From positions 88,494,444 through 88,548,398 of the forward strand of contig NC_068981.1 in NCBI RefSeq assembly GCF_001194135.2: a DNA stretch of 53,955 nt, written 5' to 3'. Below the pieces are notes generated by a model, which saw only the letters and a program-made list of their open reading frames with translations, was not told the origin of the DNA and did no database searches. Of the stretch, positions 12,790-27,720 are shown in pieces. The stretch is from Octopus bimaculoides (taxonomy: Eukaryota). The first letter of the stretch is position 1. The number at the start of each line of letters is the position of its first letter. A program made the position numbers and the translations under genes.

Positions 12790-13078
12790 TTGTGAGTGTT
12801 TTTGAGCGAAAACACCTAAAGTTTCACATGGCTCTGGCAGGGGATGATGGCGAACCCTGCTGTCCTCTTTCACCACAACCTTCTCTTACTTCCTGTTTCT
12901 GTTGTACCTGTTTTGTAAAGGGCCAATCTTGTCACGCTGAATCTCCTCGAGAACTACGTTAAGGGTACACGTGTCTGTGGAGTGCTCAGCCACTTGCACG
13001 TTAATTTCACGAGCAGGCTGTTCCGTTGATCGATCAACTGGAACCCTCGACGTCGTAAGCGACGGAGTGCCAACAAAA
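12790..13078 (+). mobile_element. Family D SINE, 5' part lost in the gap
   Basis: High similarity to 8850-9165, including TGTGAGTGTTT...GGAACCCTCGACGTCGTAAGCGAC.GAGTGCCAACAA. Confidence 0.85.
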
Positions 13079-13120
13079 CTTGCTGATAGTCAACTCTTCC
13101 TTCCGCTCTTTGTAATATTC

Positions 13121-13215
13121 GTTTCAAATTTTAACACAAGGCCAGCAATTTCGGGGAAAGGGTGAGTCGATTACATCGATCCCAGTACTCAACTGGTACT
13201 TATTTTATCTAGTAC
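13121..13215 (-). mobile_element. Family B SINE 3' fragment
   Basis: ACACAAGGCCAGCAATTTCGGGG...TCGATTACATCGATCCCAGTACTCAACTGGTACTTATTTTATC matches family B. Confidence 0.7.
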
Positions 13216-14063
13216 TTTACTCGGGGTGCTAACGATTTTACCAGCTTGCTGCCTTTCTGCTTTTGTAGTATTAATTATTAAATATACATACAAAAATAGA
13301 TAAAGCAGTGCATTGACCGAATTTCTGCGTTCTGTGCTGTGTCTAGTAGCAAATGTCGTAGAATTATGACGGGAAAAACTACTAGCATTTTGGCTATTGC
13401 TGTCTATAACTACCCTTGGAGAGCCGGTGGTTATAAATATGCCATATTTCATTCATAAAAATTGAGCAAAATCTTTCGGTAAACAACTTGGAAAGTTCTT
13501 GAAAATCTATGTTCAGAATTCTTTGAGCAAGAAATTCTATGGTCATTAATTTCTAAATATGAAACTTAACTTATTGCATCAACTTTCCACCAAACTACTT
13601 TAGGAATATTTTAATGCTAACAGGAATTCACCTCAGCATTCAAAGTTATAAGTATCGAAGACACAAGTAAAAAGAAGGTCCTAGTTTGTAGATGGTAAGC
13701 AAAGAGAGAGAAATATTTACCTGCTATATTTATCCCACAGGAAGTTCTACGAAACATATAATTAGGAATAATTCTTAAAATCGAAGTTAGTTTTCTGTGA
13801 AACATTTTCCAGATAAACGTTTTAAACATAACCTTATCTTTCTTTATTTCTTTCTTTCTTTCTTTGTGCGTGTGTGTATGTATGTGTGTGTGTGTGTAAG
13901 TATGTATGGATGTATGCTTGTAGGTAGATAGGTATATAGATACGTACGAACGAACGTATACATGTGTGCATGTATGCATGTAACTACAGAGAGAACGAGA
14001 ATAAAGACGAGAGAGAAAGTATGAAAATCATACATACAAGACATATATGCCTTTTCATTATAC

Positions 14064-14114
<51 letters not shown>

Positions 14115-14158
14115 CATGCATGAACACACACAGAAACGCTCATACACATACGCATACA

Positions 14159-14190
<32 letters not shown>

Positions 14191-14984
14191 TACACACACG
14201 CACACATAGATGTCTTATTTGGTAATTTTGTAGGTCAGCCTAGGAGCGGCAGTATGAACGTAATTAACAAGTTAGTTGATGGCATCAATCTAAATTGCCA
14301 ACATAATCGGTTTTAGCTGATTTCCATAACAAACGCATTTGGTAAAACAACCTCAATCCGTACCACGACGACGACAGCGACGACGACCACCGGCATCACC
14401 ACCACCACTACCACCACAGCCACCGCAGGAACCATTACAACCCACCACCATCTTTAGCATCACCAGAACTATCAACAGCTCCAGCATCACCACTTCTTAC
14501 ACTAGCAAGGCATTCACAATAAAACATCAATAATGATTTTGTTATATTAGTATAAGGATACAGAATGGTAGAGGGAGGGAGGAGTGTACAGACGCTAGAA
14601 CTGACTGGCATGCCATGACTGAACAGTGGCACAAGAAAGAAGCGGACTCAGTAGGTTTTATGGCAATTTTTTCGGTGAGCTAAGATACGTGTTCAATTCC
14701 TGGTGGGGCTGTTTGTTTCATATTAGAAATTTCTCGTAGTTAAGATTTCCCCCATCGAAAGAAAAATAGTATACAAAAAGATGGAGTCGTAATGCTGATA
14801 TGCTCTTAGATACCCGATACAATTACCGTCGTACTTTTCTAACAAATAAATAAATAAATAAATAAATAAAGCCCGTGAGAAACATAATGTGGCATATTCT
14901 ACATGGTACTGGTAATCCATTCATCCATTCATCCATCCATCCGTCCGTCCATTAGTCAGTCTGGTCAGTCATTCAAATTCCTTT

Positions 14985-15170
14985 ATACGTCATACTGACT
15001 CATGAAGGCTGGTTTTCATGGTTCCATAGCGTATAAGTTCTCTATCTAGTACAGGATGCCGGTCAATCGCAGTAATACTCTTTTTTGCTACCTGAGTGGA
15101 CTGGAGCAACGTGAAATGAAGTGTTTTGCTCAAGAACACAACGCGTCGCCCGACCCAGGAATTGAAATCA
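14985..15170 (-). mobile_element. Family C (CORE-like) SINE, 5'-truncated
   Basis: Reverse complement of the body of 43569-43830 (GTGTTCTTGAGCAAAACACTT..CACGTTGCTCCAGTCCACTCAG). Confidence 0.75.
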
Positions 15171-15189
15171 TATATATATATATATACAC

Positions 15190-15590
15190 ACACGACGGGT
15201 CTCTTTCAGTTTCTGTCTGCCAAATCCACTCACAAAGCTTTGGTCGGTCCGAGGCGATAGTAGAAGACACTTGCCCATGGTGCCACACAGTGGGACTGAA
15301 CCCGGAACCAAGTGGTTGGAAGCTAGCTTCTTATTTGTTTTTTATTGCCCACAAGGGGCTAAACATAGAGGGGACAAACAAGGACAGACAAAGGGATTAA
15401 GTCGATTACATCGACCCCAGTGCGTAACTGGTACTTAATTTATCGACCCCGAAAGGATGAAAGGCAAAGTTGACCTCGGCGGAATTCGAACTCAGAACGT
15501 AAAGACAGACGAAATGCCGCTAAGCATTTCGCCCGGCGTGCTAACGTTTCTGCCAGCTCACCGCTAGCTTCTTACCACACCTCTTGAATT
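15190..15590 (-). mobile_element. Family A SINE head interrupted by a complete family B SINE (15334-15562)
   Basis: A perfect 12-bp TSD GCTAGCTTCTTA at 15322-15333 and 15563-15574 brackets the family B copy. Confidence 0.85.
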
Positions 15591-16179
15591 TTCTTTCTTT
15601 TTTGCTTTCTTTATGACTTTTCTTTCTTTCTTTCTTTCTCTCATTTTCCTTTTATTACTTCAGGCTACACGGAGAAAATAATTCTTTTTTGCTGGCCTGA
15701 AGGTTTGGTAAATTACTCACGGTTTTGGTTCGAGATAGACCTCGTAATCAGTTGCAGGGACGTCACATCAAGAAATGAATTCGCAAGAAATTATTACAGT
15801 CGGCTGGAAATGAAGAATACTTTCATTAGTGTAACTAATGCCTGACTGTGGCGCCTTTTTCTTGGGAATATTTGATAGAAAGGAGCCTCTGCTATTTTAT
15901 TTCTAGTTGACAGATTTCTAAGGTGACAAAATCTATCTGGAACCAACATCTAACGTAACACTCATCATAGTCGCTGCTGTTCCCAGCAACAGAGTAATGT
16001 TTATATATTTGAGAATTTTGAATGGTATGCAGGTGTAGAAGTCTTTCGTGAGATATTTTCTCTGGCTTGCATTGTTATGTAAGAGGATGTTCTTAAAGTG
16101 GCATCCAGCAGATTTGTTATTTGAATAATTGATTCAAACATTTTGTTTCCATGATATAAATTATATATTACATACATTC

Positions 16180-16228
<49 letters not shown>

Positions 16229-16559
16229 TGAACATATGAAATTACCCCAAATATGAATGAAACATACCATATTATGGAAGAGCTGGTTTACAGAATAAAG
16301 TAAGATATATAAATCAGATTTATATATTCATTTGTCACTAAACATTATATATAATTTAGAATACATACATAAACAAATAGGCTAAACAACATTGCGACGA
16401 AAACTTCCTGCGTATGTATGTTCCGATATAATGGTAGAATTAAAATAATCTTAGTGAAAATACATCTCAAGCTGTGAATAACTTCGAACATAATCACGAC
16501 ATAAAATCGAATTTCTCAAAACAAGAATGGACAAATTCAAATGATAAACAAAAAGACGT

Positions 16560-17370
16560 TGAAATTACAACTAAAGAAACCGATAAAGGCAATGCTTTTG
16601 TTGTCAGCGAAAGATTATTAAAAGGAAATTGTGTTTAAATGTTAGAAAATAATAAAACAAACAACTTATAAACAATATAAAAAATAATGAGAAAACTACT
16701 GACTTTATTGAATATATACTGCAAATGCTTGACTATCGAAGAGTTTTATTATACAACTTACTTAAAATGATAAACCAGAAATGTCTATGGCCTACCCAGA
16801 ATACACAAAAGTAAAGCTATAAGTGACGCTCGTAAAAACTGTAAAAACAAATATATAAATATCCAGATGGTTTGTAATTAAGATCGATTATAGCAGGCTC
16901 TATATTTGAAATACACTGGTTAAGTCACTTCTTTTGGACATCTTATATAAACATATACTGAGTTATATTTGGAATAATCTAGATATATTCAATCGCAAAA
17001 CAAGGAGCCAAGAAACAATTATTTCCACTAATGATGTAAAGTTATACGATAATATCCTTCACCACAATAGAATCACTGCGATTAAATAGATATTTACTTT
17101 ATATATACCAGTTTGAATTCCTGAAAATGATTTTATTATTGATGGTCTTAGATTCATATAAAAAACTAATGGTTTTATCTTCAATAAATCATTGGACCAA
17201 CAAATATCAGGGACTGCAATGATCGCGAAATTAACCCTCACTTACGCTAACTTAGTGATGGAATACCCTAAGAAGAAAATTTTCATGATGACTCTTGCAA
17301 TTATTTGGAAACATTATTTTATACATTTAAAAGACAAGTGAATAACATCTAGATGACTTGTTTTATGAAG
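16560..17370 (+). mobile_element. Highly degenerate Penelope-like reverse transcriptase remnant
   Basis: Collinear decayed motifs across frames: TKETDKGNAFVV (cf. IIKPADKG), RSIIAG, TNDVKLYDNI (cf. DVTSLYTNI), QISGTAM...TYANLVM (cf. QxxGTAMG..APTYANL.M) and I*MTCF (cf. YLDDCF). Confidence 0.65.
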
Positions 17371-17794
17371 TAGTGAAGAAAATCGCTACTCACTACCTAG
17401 ACATACATACATACATACATACATACCCTGTTGGTGTTGTTGAAATTCCAATGAAGGAGCCTTGGATCTAGGTTAGAAACCGGTTCTTTATCTATTGGCA
17501 TGGAATCTTAAAATAAAATTGAATAATGACAAACATGTATGTATGTATGTATGTATGTATGTAGGTATGTATGTATGTATCTATCTATCGGCTGTTTGTC
17601 GCATCAACTCCCGTAAGTTTAAGTAGTTTTTCGGTTTTATTTATGTGTATCTGTATTTATCTCTGTTAAAAAGGTGCCTAACAACTTTTGCGTAGCCTCG
17701 AGCGAGGCTTTCGCTTGAGAATTTACCCATTAAGGGTGAATTTTCAAATTTTAAAATCTTATTTCATAAAAAATTTTTTCATCTGCCTGGAAAA

Positions 17795-19015
17795 ATGTAT
17801 ATTCACTGTAAGACTGCCAGCGTTCCCGTCTTTGAATTAGAACTGGAATTTCCACCATTACCATCAACGAAAACTTCGAATAACAATCAAAACATTGATG
17901 CACTGTCACACACACGCACACACACACACACACTTTTGAGCAACAACAATACACACACTGACACAAGCTTTTCTTCCGAACAAGTGGGAAGGGAAGGCAG
18001 AAACAATGGAAACACTCATAAAATAATGAGCAGTGCAACCGCGCCTATCACTTCTCCTATCACCACCACAATCGCTTCTGTCATGAAAACTGCTACCACC
18101 AACAATAATGTCACACAAACTAAATAATTTTGCTTCTGTTTTAAAGCAAAAGAAATATTTAATGTCCTTCTCAACGGAAGAACTACAATGTAAACTAATT
18201 GTTCTGTCTTCTTTGTATAATAATTGAACACCGCACAAAGCATTTTACAAGACATTTCCAAAAAAACTATAATTTACAAAATCCTGAACACAAAAAATAA
18301 AAGATTAGAACAGGCCACTCAAGAAACAGTTGAGAAATGTCTACAGCCCATATGGGTTTTTAAAATATATATTGCAAGCGGCAAAAGATTTACCACGATC
18401 GAGGTAAGATTTGATACGGAAGAACGCGCAAAGGAACACTCGACAAAAAGCCTGGAATGTGGGGAATTTATAATGATTCCCACTTACCTCGATCGTCAGG
18501 TGACAAAGGTAAAAATTAAAGATGTACCCCCTGAAATAGAAATAAGATGGCTGGTGTCAGCCATCTGTTATGATTTTGTAGATCAAACCAACATCTTAGA
18601 AATTGCCGTCCTGGAACAGAAAAATTGGATTGGACAGGAGTTGAATTTGTTGGTTCAGGCAAATCAGGAGACAATCGAAAATCTCCCAGATTTGATTCAA
18701 CTTCCAGATGGCACAACACTACATGTGACCGTTGAAGGCAGAAGGCCATGTTGCTACCTTTGTGGTAGCAGATACCATCTCAAAAAAGACTGCCAATTAG
18801 CAAAAGAAGAAGAAGAGCAACAACAACAGGAACAACCAAAAACCGAAAGGAAAACCAGTACTGCTACCCTCACCACCAGCAACACAACCGATAAAGCAAA
18901 TGAAAGAGTTCCACCAACCAACAAGCCAACCCAGCCAAACAGTGCCACCATCAGCGCTACCAAATATAGAGACAACATCATCACCTTCACCACCAACAAC
19001 TACAGAAGCATCTAA
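17795..19015 (+). mobile_element. ORF1 (gag-like) remnant of a Tx1/L1-clade non-LTR retrotransposon
   Basis: The 263-aa ORF 18224-19015 contains a CX2CX4HX4C zinc knuckle (CYLCGSRYHLKKDC) after VTVEGRRP. The upstream ORF has an EFPPLP motif. Both lie directly 5' of Tx1-type RT fragments. Confidence 0.75.
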
Positions 19016-19084
19016 CCCAGAGGGAAAAAGGGAAAAGAAACTAACCTCTCATCCCCAACAACCCATATATCACATGCCAATAAC

Positions 19085-20318
19085 CATCAACCAACTTTAG
19101 TGCCTACCTGCATGTCCTACAACGACTCTCGGCAAGAGAGGCAGTGTTGTGAAAGACCCATCACAGCCGCGGACGTACGGGATGCGATGGTAGGCTGCGC
19201 AGGGGACAAGTCGCCAGGCTTGGATAGTCTACCTTACGAGCTTTATTGTCATATGCCAGACTTGTTTGGAGGCGTCTTGGCAGCAGTCTACTGCAACTGG
19301 CAGCAAAATGGGAGTAGCCCCAGTTTTGTGAGCCCAAAAGCGGTGGAACTGCTAAAGAAAGATCCAAACATGGGGAACGTCATAGATAACTTCAGGCCCA
19401 TCACTCTGCTCAACGCAGATTTGAAGAGAGGTTGGCGCTTGTCATTACTTGGAGGCTGTCCTTAGGGCGGCTGGTTTCGGTCACGTCTTCCGCGGTTGGA
19501 TTGCTGCCTTTTACAGTGGCATCTGCTCGGTAGTTCATGTAAATGGTCATCTATCCAGACTATTTAACATCACGCGTTCGGTCTGTCAAGAATGCCCCCT
19601 ATCGTCGCTTCTGTACGTATTGACTTTAGAGCCACTACTGCGGAAGTTGGCGACGCTGAGGGGCATCCAGTGAGAACTGGGATGCGGGAGGAGCGTGTCT
19701 GCATACGCGGACGACGTCACTGTCATAGTGTCGAGTCACAGGCATATCGACCTGTTGGGCGAGACACTAAAAGAATACAAAGCGGTAACGGGAGCGAAAA
19801 TTAATCCGGAAAAGTCAGTGGGCTTGCGGCTTGGCACCTGGAGAAGCAAGCCCATGCCGTCCAACAGCGTCTACATCGTGGGACACTGGACCGACGGACC
19901 GGTTAAATTGCTTGGGATCTGGTTCGGACCAGACCTCCAAATGGAGAAGAACTGAGATGAGATAACGAGTAGGGTGGCCACTCTCACCCAGCAATGGCCG
20001 AGAGGAAGCTATCTCTAAAAGGTCGGGTAGAGGTGGCGAACGCGTACATTGCATTCGTCACCGATTACCGTCTGGTCGTCGTGCCTTGTCCCGACCCTAC
20101 CATCACCAAACTGGAACGCATACTCTTTCGCTTTTTGTGGAAGGGAAGCGTTCCGATGGTTAGGCGATCCATTTGCTGTCAACATCCGCTAAATGGAGGG
20201 CTGGGCATGCCGTGGTTGATGATCCCTTTTGATCGTATTTATTTTTCTTTCTTTCGAAAAGAAAAGTTCTACATTGTATTGTCCCTTCTGTGTTCGGCCC
20301 TGTGTGGCTAATAAAGAA

Positions 20319-20320
<2 letters not shown>
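19085..20320 (+). mobile_element. Internally deleted Tx1/L1-clade ORF2 (RT) with 3' UTR
   Basis: Motifs KSPGLDSLPYELY, NFRPITLLNADLK, SVCQECPLSSLLYVLTLEPLLRKL, SAYADDVTVIVS, TGAKINPEKS and GGLGMP appear in shifted frames. It ends AATAAAGAAAT followed by (CTAT)n. There is no endonuclease domain or AFDRV motif. Confidence 0.9.

Positions 20321-20385
<65 letters not shown>
20321..20385. repeat. (CTAT)n microsatellite at the LINE 3' end
   Basis: Direct reading. Confidence 0.95.
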
Positions 20386-21492
20386 GCTAAAACTGTTCAA
20401 AGACAATACGATGAAATTGGAATATAGTAGTGAAAAAAAATAAAGACGGCAAAACAATAGTTTTCACTTTACCTTCTATTTCCATATTTCGGTGTTAATA
20501 CCAGTTCGTGAGGAGAAAACGGAGGAAATTGCTGAACAGGAATATAAGACAATATGTAGCTAGAAATATAGATATATAAGGTAATGTATAGATTGTTGTT
20601 CCACCTTCTTTACTTCCATTTTCACTCCAATATTTCAATTTGCTTTGTATAGGCTTTGCATAGATACATACATACATACATATATATATATAACCATATA
20701 TGAAGTATATTTATAAAAATATACATATATATATAAACGTATATATAAACACGTACATTATTACACACACACATATATGTACGCAAGGACACAGATGCAC
20801 ATATACATGCACATACATGCACACACACAGCCATCCTATTAGAAATATTGCTTACACGTGAAATTCCCAATAAGATGCAAAATCTATATCAAATAGAGTT
20901 TCTTGTTATATTTTCATTGCTTTAGTCATGTGAAGTTCTTTCTATTCGAGTTTATTATTCATCCTCATCGTTCTTTATTTGGGATCATATTGCATAAGGT
21001 TGATATATTTTAGATCTGACGGCTTGCCTTTATTGAAATATATATTTTCAAAGCAAAAATGATTTCTTTTTTCGCTTTATGAAAAAGCATTGCAATACAA
21101 TATATTCAGCAACATCAAAACGTATCTGCAAGAAAGATAGTTAGATATCTCATTTACCAACATACAGCAAAAATTCAGATAAAAGGATCGAACATGCAGA
21201 GATGAGGAGACTTCTAAAACTTACTCTCACTGACAGAAAGGAAACAACACGCCCTTATCGAAATTTAAACTAGAAAAGATGACAAAAAAAAAGGAGAATC
21301 TCTTACTTTTTACTTGTTGTAGTAGTTGTCCTGCGGCCAAACTGGGGGGAGGGGGGAGGAGTACCGTTTCGACGTGTCTAGTGGGGCAAATCAACCCCAT
21401 TACTTATAACGCTTATTTTTAAAGTCTGGTACTTATTCTACAGGTGTCTGTTGCTGAACTACAAAACACGAAGACATAAAAAGACAACACTT

Positions 21493-21723
21493 ATGTCTTT
21501 ATTGCCCACAAGGGGCTAAACACAGAGGGGACAAACAAGCACAGACAAACGGATTAAGTCAATTACATCGACCCCAGTGCGTAACTGGTACTTAATGTAT
21601 CGACCCCGAAAGGATGAAAGGCAAAGTCGACCTCGGTGGAATTTGAACTCAGAACGTAGCGGCAAACGAAATACCACTAAGCATTTCGCCCGGCGTGCTA
21701 ACGTTTCTGCCAGCTCGCCGCCT
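21493..21723 (-). mobile_element. Complete family B SINE (Tx1-like tail) inserted in a decayed family A SINE
   Basis: Head GGCGGCGAGCTGGCAGAAACG, B-box GAGTTCAAATTCC and core GCCTTTCATCCTTTCGGGGTCGATA. TSD AAAAAGACAACACTT (21478-21492) / AAAAAGGCAACACTT (21726-21740). Confidence 0.9.
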
Positions 21724-22204
21724 TAAAAAAGGCAACACTTGTTGTCAAGCGGTGTTGGGGATGTGGGCAAACATAGACACAAAAGCAACTACACTTGTGT
21801 GTGCGTGCGGACTTTTAAGCTAGCTTGTGCGGATGGCTAAATGAGCGTGTGGCCCAAAACTAAAGAGAGCTAAAGGGCATGGCTATAATACGTCTACAAT
21901 AACTACATGTCCCGGTGGTGTTTGATCGGAGGTTAAGGACGGACGAGAATTAACTCTGTAATTCAGTCATTCTATTGTTCCAGTCCCAGGTTGAATTCCA
22001 ACTGCTGGCCAATTCGTCCCAAAGTTCTTATCTCGGCGTAAAATTAACGAAGTGAATGTCATTTATCTCCCCCTTGATATCTAATGCCATCTGACAACCA
22101 AGATGGTGTGAATCAGCCAAGTTTTACCTGCTAGAAATAGCAACCCAAATGCTTTTAAATCAGATCCCAAGCTGGATTATCAAGAACCAAATGTCTTCTA
22201 CTAT

Positions 22205-22500
22205 AACTTCGGGCCGATCAAGGCCTTGTGAGTGGACTTGGTTGACAGAAACTGAAAGACGTTCGTGTTATACACACACACAGACTCTCTCTCACACACA
22301 CATGTATATATATGTTTGGTCCCCACTACTGCTTGACAACCTGTGTTGTGTTGTGTGTTTACGTGTCCGTAACTTAACAGTTCGGCAAAAAAGGCCGATA
22401 GCATAAGTACCAAACTTGAAAAAAAATGTACCTTAGTCAATTCATTCAACTTAAAACATTCTTCAATGTGGTGCCCCAGCATGGCTGAAACAGATAAAAG

Positions 22501-22505
<5 letters not shown>
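22205..22505 (+). mobile_element. Family A SINE, 5'-truncated
   Basis: GGGCCGATCAAGGCCTTGTGAGTGGA...internal CA/TA repeat...GGTGCCCCAGCATGGC...GAAAC..TAAAAGATAA. Confidence 0.75.
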
Positions 22506-22569
<64 letters not shown>

Positions 22570-22571
<2 letters not shown>

Positions 22572-22909
22572 TCTTTTATTTGTTTCAGTCATTTGACTGC
22601 GGCTATGCTGGAGTACCGCCTTTAGTCGAACAAATCGGCTCTAGGACTTATTTTTCGTAAGCTTAGTACATATTCTAGCGGTCTCTTTTTCCGAACCGTT
22701 AGGTTACGGAGACGTAAACACTGACACAAAACTACATACATACATGCATACATCCAACCATCCATCCATCCATCCATCCATCCATCCATCCATCCATCCA
22801 TCCATACATACATACATACATACATACATGCATACATGTATATATATACCTATATATATATATATATGCCTATATACATACATACATACATACATACATA
22901 CATACACAG

Positions 22910-22940
<31 letters not shown>

Positions 22941-22941
22941 C

Positions 22942-23023
<82 letters not shown>

Positions 23024-23178
23024 GACGGGTTTCTTTCAGTTTCCGTCTACCAAATTCACTCACAAGGCTCTGGTTGACCCGATGCTATAGTAGAAGACAG
23101 TTTCCCAAGATGCCACGCAGTGGGACTGAACCCGGAACCATGTGGCTGAGAAACAAGATTCTTGCCACACTGCCACGG
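22570..23178 (-). mobile_element. Full-length family A SINE with a greatly expanded internal microsatellite
   Basis: Tail at 22570-22730 and tRNA head at 23020-23178 are separated by ~290 bp of (CATA)n, (CCAT)n, (TA)n and (CA)n. Confidence 0.85.
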
Positions 23179-23689
23179 TAAAAAAAAAAAAGAGGAAAGA
23201 CTCCATCGATCATGAATGATAATAGCATTGCACCTAAAAGGTTCCCCTCCGAGGCACAAGTCCAGGCAAAGTTGTTTATGGAAAACCAGCAGTCGCAGAA
23301 GGCGGTGCCCCAGCATAGTCGCAGTCCAATGACTGAAACAAGCAAAAGATAAAACAATAAAAGATAATAGTCTTTCAAATTACACCTAGATGTCTTAAAA
23401 ACATATATCAAATAATGTAGTAGTTTGTAGTATAGTATTTGGTGATGGTGGTGGTGGGGGGAAGAGAGTGATCATGGTTTGAATACCTTTGACCATATGT
23501 CTGGCCGATCAGAGCCAACTCGAGATCAAGCAACAACAACAACAACAACAACAATAACGGCAATGATGGCGTCCATGATAATACTAACAAGAATGACATT
23601 CCACAAAAATATCTTTCAGAGATATTACTTATAATTCAATCCACAACGGCAATATACTATAATAATGGTTATCCTGCCAAATTAATCAA

Positions 23690-24062
23690 ACCGTTTACCA
23701 AAATCATGAACTCGAGACTTTGCACTGGCCTGCAGAATATGCAGATCTAAATCCTATTGGAAATTTATGGCAGATCATTAAATTAAAACTGAATTCAAGA
23801 ACTTTCAGAAGTAACGAATCTGTATTTGTGGCAATTCGGAGAAAGAATGGTAACATTTAGAGTCAGTGCTACAGAAAAATTTGCCAATAAAATGATTAAA
23901 AGTATTTAATAAAATATAAAATAAATTATTGCAGAAATATTGATTATTAAATTTTCGTTATGAATAAACATAATGTCTGTTAAACAAAAACGTGAACGCA
24001 ATAAATAATTTGATTTAATCACGAATGAAAATGTTTGCAAAATATTAAGACTTTTGCAGGTG
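23690..24062 (+). mobile_element. Tc1 transposase C-terminal remnant
   Basis: Translation ETLHWPAEYADLNPIGNLWQIIK matches the Tc1 WPxxSPDLNPIENLW motif. A TIR-like GACTTTTGCAG lies near 24050-24060. Confidence 0.7.
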
Positions 24063-24139
24063 TTTAATTTGTTGCAGTTGTAGTTTAGCTCCAGGGTAGT
24101 CCTGATTTAAAAGTTCCAAGATCAAAACATTCTTGCTTT

Positions 24140-24380
24140 AACCATGCGTTTTAGTTCATACGATTACATTGTCCAAAATGTTCTGCCTCTTTAAGACGAT
24201 ACGATGTGATGTTAGGGAGATTTGGAATCTCTTTATAGCCGGTTGAGCGTAGAAGATCCTTTATGGTTCGTATAATGTTTTTTCTTGTTGACAGGGAGTG
24301 TATATGACGGTTACTCTTTAGAGTAATCTTCTCGTGAGCAGTGTCTATTATCTCGGTTTCATTTCCGGTAATAACTATTT
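24140..24380 (-). mobile_element. Possible RTE-like LINE 3' coding remnant
   Basis: EIPNLPNITSYRLKEAEHFGQCNR loosely resembles the RLxFAGHxxR thumb motif of RTE-clade LINEs. The match is weak. Confidence 0.3.
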
Positions 24381-24384
24381 CATT

Positions 24385-24592
24385 TAAGCGGAGAGCTGGC
24401 AAAATAATTAGCACGGCAGACAGAATGCTTCGTGGCATTTCTTCCAGCTTTACGTTCTGAGTTCAAATTCCGCCGAAGTCAATTTTACCTTTCAGGGTCA
24501 ATAAAATAAGTACCAGTCGAGCTTTGGGATCGAGGTAATCGACTAGCCCTTTCTCCCAAAATTTCGGGTCTTGTGCATATAGTAGAAAGGAC
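24385..24592 (+). mobile_element. Family B SINE (diverged)
   Basis: GGAGAGCTGGCAAAA head, TTCTGAGTTCAAATTCCGCCGA, core, and a CTTGTGCATATAGTAGAAAG tail. Confidence 0.75.
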
Positions 24593-24639
24593 TATTTCTT
24601 TTACGTAACTTAATCTAATGCTCATGAAAACCTCACAAA

Positions 24640-27720
<3,081 letters not shown>

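Noticed and set aside
13304-13456. Plus frame CIDRISAFC...RRIMTGKTTSILAIAV as a GPCR TM3-TM4 fragment
   Set aside because: It has only a loose DRY-like resemblance, no splice signals and no other helices.
14339-14533. Pro/Thr-rich ORF (also Thr-rich ORF 51095-51334)
   Set aside because: These are degenerate (ACC/ACG/ACT)n low-complexity tracts.
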